Of a DNA stretch of 44,495 nucleotides, positions 25,654-35,271 are shown one piece after another. The stretch's first letter is position 1. Every line of letters begins with the position of its first letter. The DNA comes from an uncultured Gammaproteobacteria bacterium (lineage in GTDB: Bacteria > Patescibacteriota > Patescibacteriia > UBA9934 > GWF2-40-263): assembly GCA_964359095.1 (NCBI GenBank), contig CAYHRJ010000002.1, forward strand, positions 1 through 44,495. Reading direction: 5' to 3'. A program made the translations under genes and the position numbers. Under the pieces are notes generated by a model, which had not been told where the DNA came from, searched no databases, and saw only the letters and a program-made list of their open reading frames with translations.

Positions 25654-27423
25654 CTAGTCAAGATTAAAGGTTTTGAGATAGCGTTCGCGATCTTCTGGAC
25701 GGATCAGATGAATATTCTCCGACTTGCTGACGCGATACGATCCAATGAAGAGATCATCCATGTCCGTGTTTAGGAAACACTGGATAGCATCTTGCGGACT
25801 GCAAACAATCGGCTCGCCGCGCACGTTGAAGGACGTATTGATGAGCAAAGGACAGCCTGTGATATCACCAAATGTCTGAATAAGGTTATAATACATCGGA
25901 TTTTGTTCTCTGTTGATGGTTTGAAGTCGCGCGGAGTTATCGACATGTGTTACTGCCGGGATGTCCTTCGTCTTTGTTTGAGCCGTGAGTAACATAAATG
26001 GGCTCGGACAGACGTTATCAAAGTAGTCTGAGCTCTTGTCTTCCAGTACAGATGGGGCAAATGGTCGGAAACTCTCTCGGAATTTGATTTTGAGGTTCAC
26101 GCGTTGCCAGTTTTCCTTTTTACGCGGGTCCGCGAGGATCGAGCGGTTGCCAAGAGCTCGGGGTCCGAATTCCATTCGTCCATGAAACCAGCCGACGACA
26201 TGATTGTTCGCGATAAGGCGCGCGGCCGTTTTTATGAGAGCGTCTCGATCTTGCTTGTGGCAGACAATTTTCTGTGACTCCAGTGCCTCCTTAATTTCAT
26301 GGTCGCTGAATGCCGGTCCCAAGTAGGTGTGCTTCATTTCAAATGAACGAGGATTATTAAAGACGGTATGAGACATATAAAGCGCCGCACCAAGCGCACC
26401 ACCAGCATCTCCAGCCGCTGGTTGGATGAAGATGCGTTTGAACGGTGATTGTTTGAGAATTTTTTCGTTCACAACACAATTCAGAGCTACGCCACCGGCC
26501 AAACAGAGGTTTTCCGATGGGTGAAGTTCGTAGGCATGCTTCACGATCCCAAGCACGGCTTCCTCTGTGATGCGTTGCAAGGAGGCAGCGATGTCTTTTT
26601 CGCGTTGGGTGAGTGGAGATTCAGGTTGTCTTGGAGGAGCACCAAACAACCGATCGAATTTTTTATTGGTCATGGTCAGCCCATAGGTGTAGGCGAAATA
26701 CCTTTGATCGAGTTGGTAACTTCCGTCTGGATTCAGCTGGATTAGCTTACGCATAGCTGAGTCATATGGTTCAGGATCACCGTAGGGTGCTAATCCCATG
26801 ACTTTATACTCAGCGCTGTTTACTTTGAAACCGAGATAATACGTCAGTGCCGAATAGAGCAATCCCAATGAGTCAGGGAAGTGGATCGATTCGGTGATGG
26901 TGAGATCGTCGCCTTTCCCATATCCGATCGTGGTCGTTTCCCACTCGCCGACACCGTCGATGGTCACGACGACGGCTTCCTCAAATCCCGAAGGGTAAAA
27001 CGCGCTAGCGGCGTGTGAGAGATGGTGTTCGCTAAAAAGGATTGGTCCTGAGTAGCCGAGTGTTTTTTGAATTGTCTGTTTCACCCAGAGCTTCGATTTC
27101 ATCCAAACAGGAATCGCTTTGAGGAATGTCTTGAGTCCGTGCGGCCATGTGTACACGAATGTTTCCAGAAGACGGTCGAATTTCAAAATAGGCTTTTCGT
27201 AAAAGACGACGTAGTCGATATCTTGGATTGTCAGACCTGCTTCTTTTAGACAGTAATCGATCGCATTTGTCGGAAAGTGTTCGTCGTGTTTTTTTCGTGT
27301 AAATCGTTCCTCTTGCGCGGCAGCGACGAGCTCACCGTCTTTCAGGATAGCTACGGCGGCATCATGATAGTCAAAGGAAAGGCCGAGAATTGTTTTGGAT
27401 GTTGAGGCGGCGATATTCCCCAT
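25654..27423 (-). CDS. NodU/CmcH-family carbamoyltransferase
   Basis: ATG at 27423; ILGLSFDYHDAAVAILKDGELVAAAQEERFTRKKHD, the HHLSHAASAF motif and C-terminal VDNSARLQTI..NTSFNVRGEPIVCSP are hallmark carbamoyltransferase motifs. Confidence 0.9.
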   Translation of the reverse strand: MGNIAASTSKTILGLSFDYHDAAVAILKDGELVAAAQEERFTRKKHDEHFPTNAIDYCLKEAGLTIQDIDYVVFYEKPILKFDRLLETFVYTWPHGLKTFLKAIPVWMKSKLWVKQTIQKTLGYSGPILFSEHHLSHAASAFYPSGFEEAVVVTIDGVGEWETTTIGYGKGDDLTITESIHFPDSLGLLYSALTYYLGFKVNSAEYKVMGLAPYGDPEPYDSAMRKLIQLNPDGSYQLDQRYFAYTYGLTMTNKKFDRLFGAPPRQPESPLTQREKDIAASLQRITEEAVLGIVKHAYELHPSENLCLAGGVALNCVVNEKILKQSPFKRIFIQPAAGDAGGALGAALYMSHTVFNNPRSFEMKHTYLGPAFSDHEIKEALESQKIVCHKQDRDALIKTAARLIANNHVVGWFHGRMEFGPRALGNRSILADPRKKENWQRVNLKIKFRESFRPFAPSVLEDKSSDYFDNVCPSPFMLLTAQTKTKDIPAVTHVDNSARLQTINREQNPMYYNLIQTFGDITGCPLLINTSFNVRGEPIVCSPQDAIQCFLNTDMDDLFIGSYRVSKSENIHLIRPEDRERYLKTFNLD

Positions 27424-27425
27424 AC

Positions 27426-27644
27426 TTAATACTGATGCGACGCCCAGTCCATGGTCGGATCTAAAGACTCTTTTTTTATCCAACCCTTATGATGTGGTTG
27501 AAACATTGACACGCTTCGTTTGGCCAAAGCGATGACCCCAATGATTACAAGATAAAAAACAGTAAGCAATATAACAGCGTTAATTTTGCCAATCGTGTGT
27601 GCAAAACGCATCCAAAGTTTTTTTGCTTGTTGGAGGATTTTCAT
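27426..27644 (-). CDS. Small membrane protein, SxtJ C-terminal-half-like (uncertain)
   Basis: 72 aa with one or two TM segments, immediately upstream of and abutting the carbamoyltransferase; its position matches the SxtJ/DUF5989/carbamoyltransferase trio seen in glycan loci. Confidence 0.45.
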   Translation of the reverse strand: MKILQQAKKLWMRFAHTIGKINAVILLTVFYLVIIGVIALAKRSVSMFQPHHKGWIKKESLDPTMDWASHQY

Positions 27645-28267
27645 ACTACAGAGACGACCACCCAGATTTCGCCGAATTGAATTGACTGGGATTGTATCAC
27701 GAGCCCAGCACGCGCAAGTTCCTGGGTGAAATTTTCGAGGGTGTATTCAGTGAAGTGTGTCTTGTCGAGTCGGAACTCGAGTCCGAGTTCTTTTTTGTAC
27801 AGCGTGATCCAATCGCGGTCGATCATTGGGACGCGGATGAGAAATGTGGGAGCGAGGGGGGTGATGTGTGTGAGAAATTCAACGCGATGTTCGATGTGTT
27901 CCAGGACGTTGGAGAGGACAACGACGTCAAAGGTCTGTTCAGGGGAGAGAGTTATTGCGTCTGCGATTTTGTAGGTAAGGTTTGGCGCAGCGAATTGTCC
28001 TTGCCACGCTGATTGATGTTTTGGATTGAGATCGATTCCCAGGACTCGCTTCGCTTTTTTGGCGAGATCAAATGCGAGCGCCCCGTTGCCGCAGCCGATG
28101 TCGAGCACGCGGTTGCTTTCACGAATGTGGTCGAGAAAAAACTGGTGGTAGTTCATGAGCCGATGCTTGGGATGCAAACCACCCTCAGCCTTGATGGCGA
28201 ATGTGCTTGCAAGTTTGTAGCTCAGGTTGTGCAATCCTAGGGACAGTCGGACAAGGAGTGTGTACAT
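27641..28267 (-). CDS. Class I SAM-dependent methyltransferase
   Basis: ATG at 28267; VLDIGCGNGALAFDLA motif I, LGIDLN, VVLSNVLEHI. Confidence 0.75.
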   Translation of the reverse strand: MYTLLVRLSLGLHNLSYKLASTFAIKAEGGLHPKHRLMNYHQFFLDHIRESNRVLDIGCGNGALAFDLAKKAKRVLGIDLNPKHQSAWQGQFAAPNLTYKIADAITLSPEQTFDVVVLSNVLEHIEHRVEFLTHITPLAPTFLIRVPMIDRDWITLYKKELGLEFRLDKTHFTEYTLENFTQELARAGLVIQSQSIQFGEIWVVVSVV

Positions 28268-28269
28268 AA

Positions 28270-29064
28270 TCAAGCGGTTTTTCTCAGAACGAGAACGGTC
28301 ATGTGGCCAGTCCATCGACCCAAGCATACGGTGAGTAGAAGACGAAATCCGCGGGCGAGGAAGTTTTTGCTCTTGTAGAGTTTTTGGAGCACGAGATGCA
28401 GGAAAGGAAGTTCATCTTTTAATCCTTTGAGCGCATCGTACAAGTAGATTCTCTCAAGCTCAAATCCTTGGCCGGCGAGTTCGCGAGTGACGATGTCTTG
28501 ATCGAGCATGAATTCGTAAAAGTCGTTTGTGTTTGTTGATGGGGAGAGGAGTGGATAGCGGTTCAATCGTGCTTTGAGTTTTCGCAGAGGTGACATCACA
28601 GGAAACGAAAGAAAAAAAATACCACCAGGCTTGAGAATACGATGCGCTTCTTTTACGATCTCTTCGTAGCCATTCCAAAAGTGTTCGATCACACCCAAGG
28701 ACCAGTACGCGTCAAAATAGGCGTCAGCGAAGTTTGTGTGCTTTACATCTTGAACGGACAACTTGAGATTGGGGAGCATTTCCCGGACAGCTTGGATTGT
28801 CTCAGCGGCGTAATCGATTCCGTACGCATCATATCCCCATTTCTGTAAGCAGGAGACAACCTCTCCCGTCCCGCATCCTCCGTCCAGAATCCGACCACCT
28901 TTGGGCGCATACTGTTTGGTGAACCGTTCAATGAAGTGATGTGTTTTTCCAGAGCTCACCCGTTCCTTGATGTTTTCTTTTTTCCATTGAGTATCCCAAA
29001 AGTCTGAGGTTGCTGCCTTTTCAAAGACGGCTAGGCGTTTGTTTGTGGCGTCGTAGAGAGTCAT
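28270..29064 (-). CDS. Class I SAM-dependent methyltransferase
   Basis: ILDGGCGTGEV motif I, YGIDYAAE motif II, SLGVIEHF. Confidence 0.75.
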   Translation of the reverse strand: MTLYDATNKRLAVFEKAATSDFWDTQWKKENIKERVSSGKTHHFIERFTKQYAPKGGRILDGGCGTGEVVSCLQKWGYDAYGIDYAAETIQAVREMLPNLKLSVQDVKHTNFADAYFDAYWSLGVIEHFWNGYEEIVKEAHRILKPGGIFFLSFPVMSPLRKLKARLNRYPLLSPSTNTNDFYEFMLDQDIVTRELAGQGFELERIYLYDALKGLKDELPFLHLVLQKLYKSKNFLARGFRLLLTVCLGRWTGHMTVLVLRKTA

Positions 29065-30179
29065 AGTCTCATGGAGTGCAGAAGGTTGCCCTCTGTCTGG
29101 ACCATGTTGGATAAGGAGACTGTTTCAAGAATGGTTTGACGCGCAGATCCTCCGAGTCGTTGTTGTGTGACTGGATCGTTCATGAGTCGTTTGATGGCTT
29201 CACGAATCGATTCAGAACTCGGTTCACACAAGATGCCATTCTTACCATCCTCGATGATCGACCGGATTCCTTCCACGTTTGTTCCAATCACGGGAAGTCC
29301 ACACGCCATGGCTTCAAGCAAGACTTTTGGATTGCCTTCGTACAAAGAGGGAAGGATGAATAGTTCGCACGCGTTCAGCGCAGCGGGGAGTTCGTCGTTG
29401 GCGATCTTGCCGCGGAAATTTGCACGGACGTTGAGTTCTTGAGCGTGCTGTTCAAGCTCGTCACGCAGAGATCCTTCACCGTAGAATACCAGATGTGCGT
29501 TAGTCCCTTGCACGGCTGCCACAAGATTCATCAGATTTTTTTGTGGCTCAAGACGACCGACAAAACAAATCGATCTTGGTTTTTTTTCGATCACGAGTGG
29601 CTTGAATAGATTGGTGTCAACGTAGTTTGGGATGACGTGGATTTTTTGTGGCGGGATTCTGTATCTCCACGCAACAGATTCAGCATCCGCGTGAGTTGCG
29701 ACGATGATCGTTGTGGCTGTGTCATATGTGACTTTCTCGATCACGTTCACCATCCATTGTTTGATGGCAGGAGCCTGCTGGTGCTTGAGAAACGTTGACC
29801 ATTGGTATCCGCAGCGCACGATCAGTGGTTTTCTTGAGATCCAGTGTGCGATGAGTGCCGGAATCGCTCCAGCCATTTGGTGGATGCGGATCGCGTCTGT
29901 GTGCTTGATCTGTTTCCAGTAGATGAGTGGCAAGAGGAAGCTGTAGAGGAGGTTTGGAAGTGGGAGTCGTTTCGGAAAGACGCGGATGTTGAGACCGAGT
30001 TGTTCTCGATAGCGATCATCATGGGCGCCGTAAGTGAAGAACCAGACCTCACCGACATGGCTTGCGAGTTCCTGATAGAAATGAACCTCACGCGAAAACA
30101 TTCCGCGCTTATCCCAGAGTTCTAAAGAAACGCCATGTGTGAAAAAGACAGCGATGGTTTTTTTACCTTCACGCTCCAT
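29061..30179 (-). CDS. Glycosyltransferase family 4
   Basis: ATG at 30179 (MEREGKK); EGNPKVLLEAMACGLPVIGTNVEGIRSII motif. Confidence 0.8.
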   Translation of the reverse strand: MEREGKKTIAVFFTHGVSLELWDKRGMFSREVHFYQELASHVGEVWFFTYGAHDDRYREQLGLNIRVFPKRLPLPNLLYSFLLPLIYWKQIKHTDAIRIHQMAGAIPALIAHWISRKPLIVRCGYQWSTFLKHQQAPAIKQWMVNVIEKVTYDTATTIIVATHADAESVAWRYRIPPQKIHVIPNYVDTNLFKPLVIEKKPRSICFVGRLEPQKNLMNLVAAVQGTNAHLVFYGEGSLRDELEQHAQELNVRANFRGKIANDELPAALNACELFILPSLYEGNPKVLLEAMACGLPVIGTNVEGIRSIIEDGKNGILCEPSSESIREAIKRLMNDPVTQQRLGGSARQTILETVSLSNMVQTEGNLLHSMRL

Positions 30180-31131
30180 AGTAACTCCTGTACCACGCGA
30201 CAAAAGCAGGAACGCCTTCCTCCAAAGAGACCAGTGGCTTCCATTCAAGCAGTGTCTTGGCTTGGGAAATGTCTGCCCATGTTTGTTTTACATCGCCTGG
30301 TTGCATGTCGAGGAAGCGTTTTTCGATCGTCTTGCCCGCGGCATGCTCGATGAGCTCGATCATGTGCATCAGAGGCTCGGATACCCCTCGACCTAGGTTG
30401 AGTATGGCCCACGGCAGGTTTTTTTCCAAGGCTTTCACAATGCCGTCCGCGATATCGTCGATGTAGGTGAAGTCTCGTGACATTTCTCCTTGGCCGTAGA
30501 CATCGATTGATTTCCCTTCGAGTGCGGCTTTTGTAAAAGCGAAAAACGCCATGTCTGGGCGCCCCCACGGTCCGTACACGGTAAAGAAACGCAGGCAAGT
30601 GATGGGGAGATTGTACAGATGATGATACGAGTACGCCATCAGTTCACAGGCTCGCTTGGTAGCGGCGTAGAGGGAGATCGGTTGGTCAGCAACGTCTGTT
30701 TCTTTGACCGGATAGTGTGCGGCGTCGCCATAGACAGAGGAGCTTGAGGCCATGACGATGCCTTTCACCTGAAACTCGCGAGCGAGTTCGAGAATCGTGA
30801 GTGTGCCCATCAAGTTTGACTGGCCGTACACGAATGGATCTTGTGCGGCATAGCGCACGCCAGCCTGAGCCCCCAGGTGGCAAATGAGATCTGGTTTGTG
30901 CTTCTTAAAAATTTCGCGCATGATCGTCGCGTCCTGGATGTCGTTTCTGTAGAGTGTAAATGGCAGATCTTTGAGGAGTGTGGCGATTCTGGCTTCTTTG
31001 AGCGATTGGTCGTAATAAGCATTAAAATTGTCAACGATGATGACTTCACAGTCTTCTTCAATCAATCGTTTGGCCACCGTCGAGCCAATAAACCCCGCGC
31101 CGCCTGTGATAAGAATGGTTAGGTTCTGCAT
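30169..31131 (-). CDS. NAD-dependent sugar-nucleotide epimerase (UDP-glucuronate 4-epimerase-like SDR)
   Basis: ILITGGAGFIGS Rossmann motif, SSSSVYG and YAATK catalytic motifs of extended SDR epimerases. Confidence 0.85.
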   Translation of the reverse strand: MQNLTILITGGAGFIGSTVAKRLIEEDCEVIIVDNFNAYYDQSLKEARIATLLKDLPFTLYRNDIQDATIMREIFKKHKPDLICHLGAQAGVRYAAQDPFVYGQSNLMGTLTILELAREFQVKGIVMASSSSVYGDAAHYPVKETDVADQPISLYAATKRACELMAYSYHHLYNLPITCLRFFTVYGPWGRPDMAFFAFTKAALEGKSIDVYGQGEMSRDFTYIDDIADGIVKALEKNLPWAILNLGRGVSEPLMHMIELIEHAAGKTIEKRFLDMQPGDVKQTWADISQAKTLLEWKPLVSLEEGVPAFVAWYRSYYGA

Positions 31132-31169
31132 AACAACGGCATTTTACATGCTTTAAAAAAAAGGACACA

Positions 31170-33230
31170 ATGCTAGATGCAGAGAAGGTCGCGTTGGTTA
31201 CTATGGAAAAAACAATTCAGGAGACAAAAAAAATTTCACAGCTTCTTTTACTGATTCGATTCGGAGTGTATTTGTTGTTGTTAACCCCGCTTGTTTTTTG
31301 GAAACCGCTCGATTTTTTTTTTGATTCGACTAAGGGATTCTTCATAATCGGTATAATCGAACTCATCTTCGTCGCGTATCTTTGGTTGATATACCTTCGT
31401 CCAGAGTTTCGTCCCAGAACTGGTCGCGTTGGAGTCGTTTTTTTTCTTTACGTTTTTATTCTTATCTTGGCATCTGTTTTTGGTGTTGATCCGTTTGTGA
31501 GTTTTTGGTCAAATACGGATCGCGTGGGAGGAGTGTTGCTCTGGTTGCATCTCGCCGCGCTTTTTCTTATCGTAACTTCCGTTCTGCGGACAACACACGA
31601 CTGGCAACATGTATTTTTTCTCTCAAGTTTGGTCGGAATTACTGTGTCAGTCATCTTTCTCCTCACGCGCCTATCTTCGACGTTTTTTGACTATTCGCGA
31701 AACGGTTCAACATTTGGGAACTCTACGTTTCTTGGCATCTATCTGCTTTTTTGTCTGATGTTTAGCTCTATTTTGGCCTTCACAGGCGAGACGAAACGTC
31801 TTCGACAGTTTGGGAGAGCATGCATACTTTTTTTCTTGATCGTGCTTTGGTTTACAGGAGCTCTTGCGGCCAAGTATGCCATGGTTGGTGGACTGATTCT
31901 GTTTGTGGCCATGTGGTTGATTGTTCAAGGTCGATCAACCATCAAAAAAATGGCTGGAAGGTTCGTCGTCGTCTTACTTTGCTTCCTGTTTTTCTTTGCC
32001 CTCTTCCAATTGACACAAAAAGATTCATATTTGCATCAAGCATTTATTGAGAAATCATCCGGTTCGCGTTTCGCGGTATGGTCCGTAGCGTTTGAAGCAT
32101 GGAAAGAGCGTCCTTTTTTAGGATGGGGATTGGAGAATTTTCCCGTTGCGTTCTTGAGTCACTACGATCCCTGTTTTGGTTCTCCTGAGTGCGGTGGGGA
32201 GGGATATTGGTTTGATCGCGCTCATAATAAGGTTTTGGATACGCTTGTGGAGGCTGGTGTGGTTGGGTTACTGAGTTACTTTGTCCTTCTCATAGCTTCT
32301 GTTTTGGGAGTTTGGGACGCCTATCGTCGATCAAAAATTTCCGTTTCCATTCCAATTTTGTTCACTACGTTTTTTGCTGTTTATTTCGTGCAGAGCCTCG
32401 CTGAATTTGACCTCGCGTTTTCGTTGTTTTTTTTAGTTATATTTATCGCGTATATTCACGTGCTGACTCAGTCACCGATTCGATCTCATACTCCAGGTCA
32501 TTTATCTAAGTCGTTTGGCATCGTCGCAGGTTTAGTCTCGTTTGCGTTTCCGTTCGTATTTTTTTACGTCGTTATCTTTTCTGTGATGACCAATCAAACC
32601 CAGCTCGTTGTCAATGCACGCACAGTAGGGGAGCGACGTGAAGCGTATGAGACCCAGGTTTTCGGTTCGCCAATCGGACAAGATTATCGTAGAGTATTTT
32701 TGGCCGCTGAAACCGTGAAGTGGATTTTACGTACCTCCCAACAGGAACGTCAGGTCTTTAGCCAGCCATTTCAAGATGAACTCGCTGTTGGGATCCAAGG
32801 TCTCTCCGACACGGTCGCCAGGGCGCCCAATAATCTTAAAGCGGCGAACCTTCTTGGGATCTTGTATCAGTTGGATGCTCATTATTTTGACAAAACACAG
32901 TTTGTTCAAGCCGAGCGAGTGTTGAGTGAATCGCTTGCCAAGAATCCTCGCAATCAACACACCTATGCCGCTTTAAGCGCGGTTTATCTGGAACAAGGGC
33001 GTGTCGCGGAGGCGTTGGCTCTACTCCAGGAAGCAATCGGACTCTATCCTTCAGCTCCCCAATCATCTCTGCGTCTTCTAGCGGCCATCCGGCTTACAGC
33101 CGATCAAACTACGTACGAACAAAAGAAAGCGGAAATTTTACAAAGATTTCCTGATCTGGAGGATGAAGTAACGATCCTCGCGCAGATGTGGGAACAAAAC
33201 CCTGACCAGTTGTATGGCATCTTCTATTAA
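31170..33230 (+). CDS. O-antigen ligase/polymerase-family (Wzy_C) membrane protein with a C-terminal TPR domain, paralog 1
   Basis: About 12 TM helices; GSRFAVWSVAFEAWKERPFLGWGLENF and AHNKVLDTLVEAGVVGL motifs; TPR-like C-terminus. An AGGA lies 4 nt before ATG 31170; ATG 31203 is an alternative start. Confidence 0.75.
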   Translation: MLDAEKVALVTMEKTIQETKKISQLLLLIRFGVYLLLLTPLVFWKPLDFFFDSTKGFFIIGIIELIFVAYLWLIYLRPEFRPRTGRVGVVFFLYVFILILASVFGVDPFVSFWSNTDRVGGVLLWLHLAALFLIVTSVLRTTHDWQHVFFLSSLVGITVSVIFLLTRLSSTFFDYSRNGSTFGNSTFLGIYLLFCLMFSSILAFTGETKRLRQFGRACILFFLIVLWFTGALAAKYAMVGGLILFVAMWLIVQGRSTIKKMAGRFVVVLLCFLFFFALFQLTQKDSYLHQAFIEKSSGSRFAVWSVAFEAWKERPFLGWGLENFPVAFLSHYDPCFGSPECGGEGYWFDRAHNKVLDTLVEAGVVGLLSYFVLLIASVLGVWDAYRRSKISVSIPILFTTFFAVYFVQSLAEFDLAFSLFFLVIFIAYIHVLTQSPIRSHTPGHLSKSFGIVAGLVSFAFPFVFFYVVIFSVMTNQTQLVVNARTVGERREAYETQVFGSPIGQDYRRVFLAAETVKWILRTSQQERQVFSQPFQDELAVGIQGLSDTVARAPNNLKAANLLGILYQLDAHYFDKTQFVQAERVLSESLAKNPRNQHTYAALSAVYLEQGRVAEALALLQEAIGLYPSAPQSSLRLLAAIRLTADQTTYEQKKAEILQRFPDLEDEVTILAQMWEQNPDQLYGIFY

Positions 33231-35256
33231 GGCACAGAACCGTCTTAGCCTTTCCCATTTGCTGTGCCTCTTTGTGTTGTTGACACCCGTTGTGTTGTGG
33301 CCTTACCTCTATTTTTATTCCAACAACTCTAAGCTTTATTTTTTTCTTGCCGTCACCCAGCTTACCGTCGTGAGCTATTGTTGGTTCACGTACCGGCACG
33401 CGAGTCAAAAGCCGCGCGCGGATCTCTTGTCGGTACTCGTCGTAGCGTACATTGGCGTTTTATTACTCACGAGTTTTTTTGGAACAAATCCGTCTTTCAG
33501 TTTTTGGGGGTCGATCGACCGCTCGGGCTCTGGGCTCGCGTGGCTTCACCTCGCCTTGGCGTTTGTCGTGCTTGTGTCGGTGTTTCGCGAGGCAAAAGAC
33601 TGGCGGCGTGTTTTTGAGGTGTCGACGGTCTGTGCGCTCATCGTCGCGGCCATCTTCTTTCTCTCCCTTCTGTTCCCGGACGGCCCCGCACTGTTGTCAC
33701 GATCCAAAGGCGGATCGACGTTTGGCAACTCGTCGTTTCTTGGGACGTATCTTCTGCTTCAAATCGGCATGGCGGCCTATCTCGCTTTGACGTACACAAA
33801 GACTCGCAGGCTGATGGCGACCGCCGCCACCGTGATTCTCGTCATTGCCCTTTTGCTCACAACCGCCAAAGCCGCCAAGCTCTCCATGCTGGGCGGTGGA
33901 GGGCTGTTTGTGATCCTCCTGCTTGTGTGGAGCCAAGCGAGCGCCTTGCGGCGGAAAGCCGGGGCATTCTTGCTCTCGGCGCTTACGATCCTGTTCCTAG
34001 TTGCCTCTTTCTTGCTCGTTCAACCTAACAGCACGGTGCATCGATGGTTCGTGCAAGAATCCGGGGAAACACGGTTCGTCCTTTGGGGCATTGCGTGGCA
34101 GGGAATTCTCGAGCGACCGCTCTTGGGATGGGGGCTTGAGAGTTATCCCGACGTTTTTCAAACGTACTACGATCCCTGTCTTGGCTCGCAGGCCTGTGGC
34201 GGTGAGCTCTGGTTTGACCGGGCGCATAATAAATTTTTGGACGTAGGACTCGAGTCGGGGATTTTCGGACTTGGTTTGTACGTGAGTCTCTTTGTCGTCG
34301 CCGTGCTCAAGCTCTGGCGCGCGACCAAGCGGGGCGCCATTTCGCCGGCGGTTTTCGCCTTATTCACCTCTGTTCTCGCGGCGTACGTTGTGCAGGGTCT
34401 GACCGTTTTTGACACGTTGTCGAGCACGCTGTCGTGGCTGGTTTTGCTGGGATTCATCGCCACGATCGACGTCCGGCCGGTTCAGAGTATTTCAGATGGG
34501 CATCGCGGACGCCGGCTCGCTATCGCGATTGTTGCGACTATCCTCTTGCCGTTTACGTTTTACTGGTTCGTGGTAACGCCGGCGCTTGGCAACAAGGCGA
34601 CGTGGGACGTGAAAGCCGCGACGCTTCTCTCGCAACGTTTGACAGCCTACGAGAAAGCAGTGAGCGTGTCTCGGCAGGGGATCGACCTCCGTCGTTCATT
34701 TCTTGCCGCGCAGACCGCCACGTTTATCCTTGACCTCACAGATGAACAAATATCACTTTCTCAAAATCTGTTACAAAAAGAAATTATTCTTTCAGAGCAA
34801 GGATTATTGCATACGATTGAACAGCATCCGTTTTTTTTGCGAGCATATTTGGATTTGGGGTTCTTGTATCAGGTATGGGCACGCAGTTTTGATATAGAAA
34901 AAATTATCAACGCCGAAGAGATTCTCCTTCGCGCCGTTGAACGTTTTCCAAGGAATCAACTTCCATATTGGGCGCTTACTGGTATCTATATTGATCAAGG
35001 CAAACAACAAGATGCACTCGGTCTTGCGGCTCAAGCACTCAATCTTGACCCTAACGTTAGGATGTCTATCCTTCGATACTTACTTACGTTAAAGCTTACC
35101 AATCAAGTTGACCTTGCGTATGAACAACTGGAAGAATACTCGAAAAAGGACAGCTCCCTCGTTGACATCATTACACCGTATCTTGAGGCTGACCTTCGCA
35201 ATGAGAAAGAAGAAATGGGACTACTCTTCAGGTTTTATTATGATGCGGCATTTTAG
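33214..35256 (+). CDS. O-antigen ligase/polymerase-family membrane protein with a C-terminal TPR domain, paralog 2
   Basis: Collinear with paralog 1 (ETRFVLWGIAWQGILERPLLGWGLESY, AHNKFLDVGLESGIFGL); overlaps paralog 1 by 17 nt. Confidence 0.75.
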   Translation: MASSIKAQNRLSLSHLLCLFVLLTPVVLWPYLYFYSNNSKLYFFLAVTQLTVVSYCWFTYRHASQKPRADLLSVLVVAYIGVLLLTSFFGTNPSFSFWGSIDRSGSGLAWLHLALAFVVLVSVFREAKDWRRVFEVSTVCALIVAAIFFLSLLFPDGPALLSRSKGGSTFGNSSFLGTYLLLQIGMAAYLALTYTKTRRLMATAATVILVIALLLTTAKAAKLSMLGGGGLFVILLLVWSQASALRRKAGAFLLSALTILFLVASFLLVQPNSTVHRWFVQESGETRFVLWGIAWQGILERPLLGWGLESYPDVFQTYYDPCLGSQACGGELWFDRAHNKFLDVGLESGIFGLGLYVSLFVVAVLKLWRATKRGAISPAVFALFTSVLAAYVVQGLTVFDTLSSTLSWLVLLGFIATIDVRPVQSISDGHRGRRLAIAIVATILLPFTFYWFVVTPALGNKATWDVKAATLLSQRLTAYEKAVSVSRQGIDLRRSFLAAQTATFILDLTDEQISLSQNLLQKEIILSEQGLLHTIEQHPFFLRAYLDLGFLYQVWARSFDIEKIINAEEILLRAVERFPRNQLPYWALTGIYIDQGKQQDALGLAAQALNLDPNVRMSILRYLLTLKLTNQVDLAYEQLEEYSKKDSSLVDIITPYLEADLRNEKEEMGLLFRFYYDAAF

Positions 35257-35271
35257 TTTTTAACACAGATT

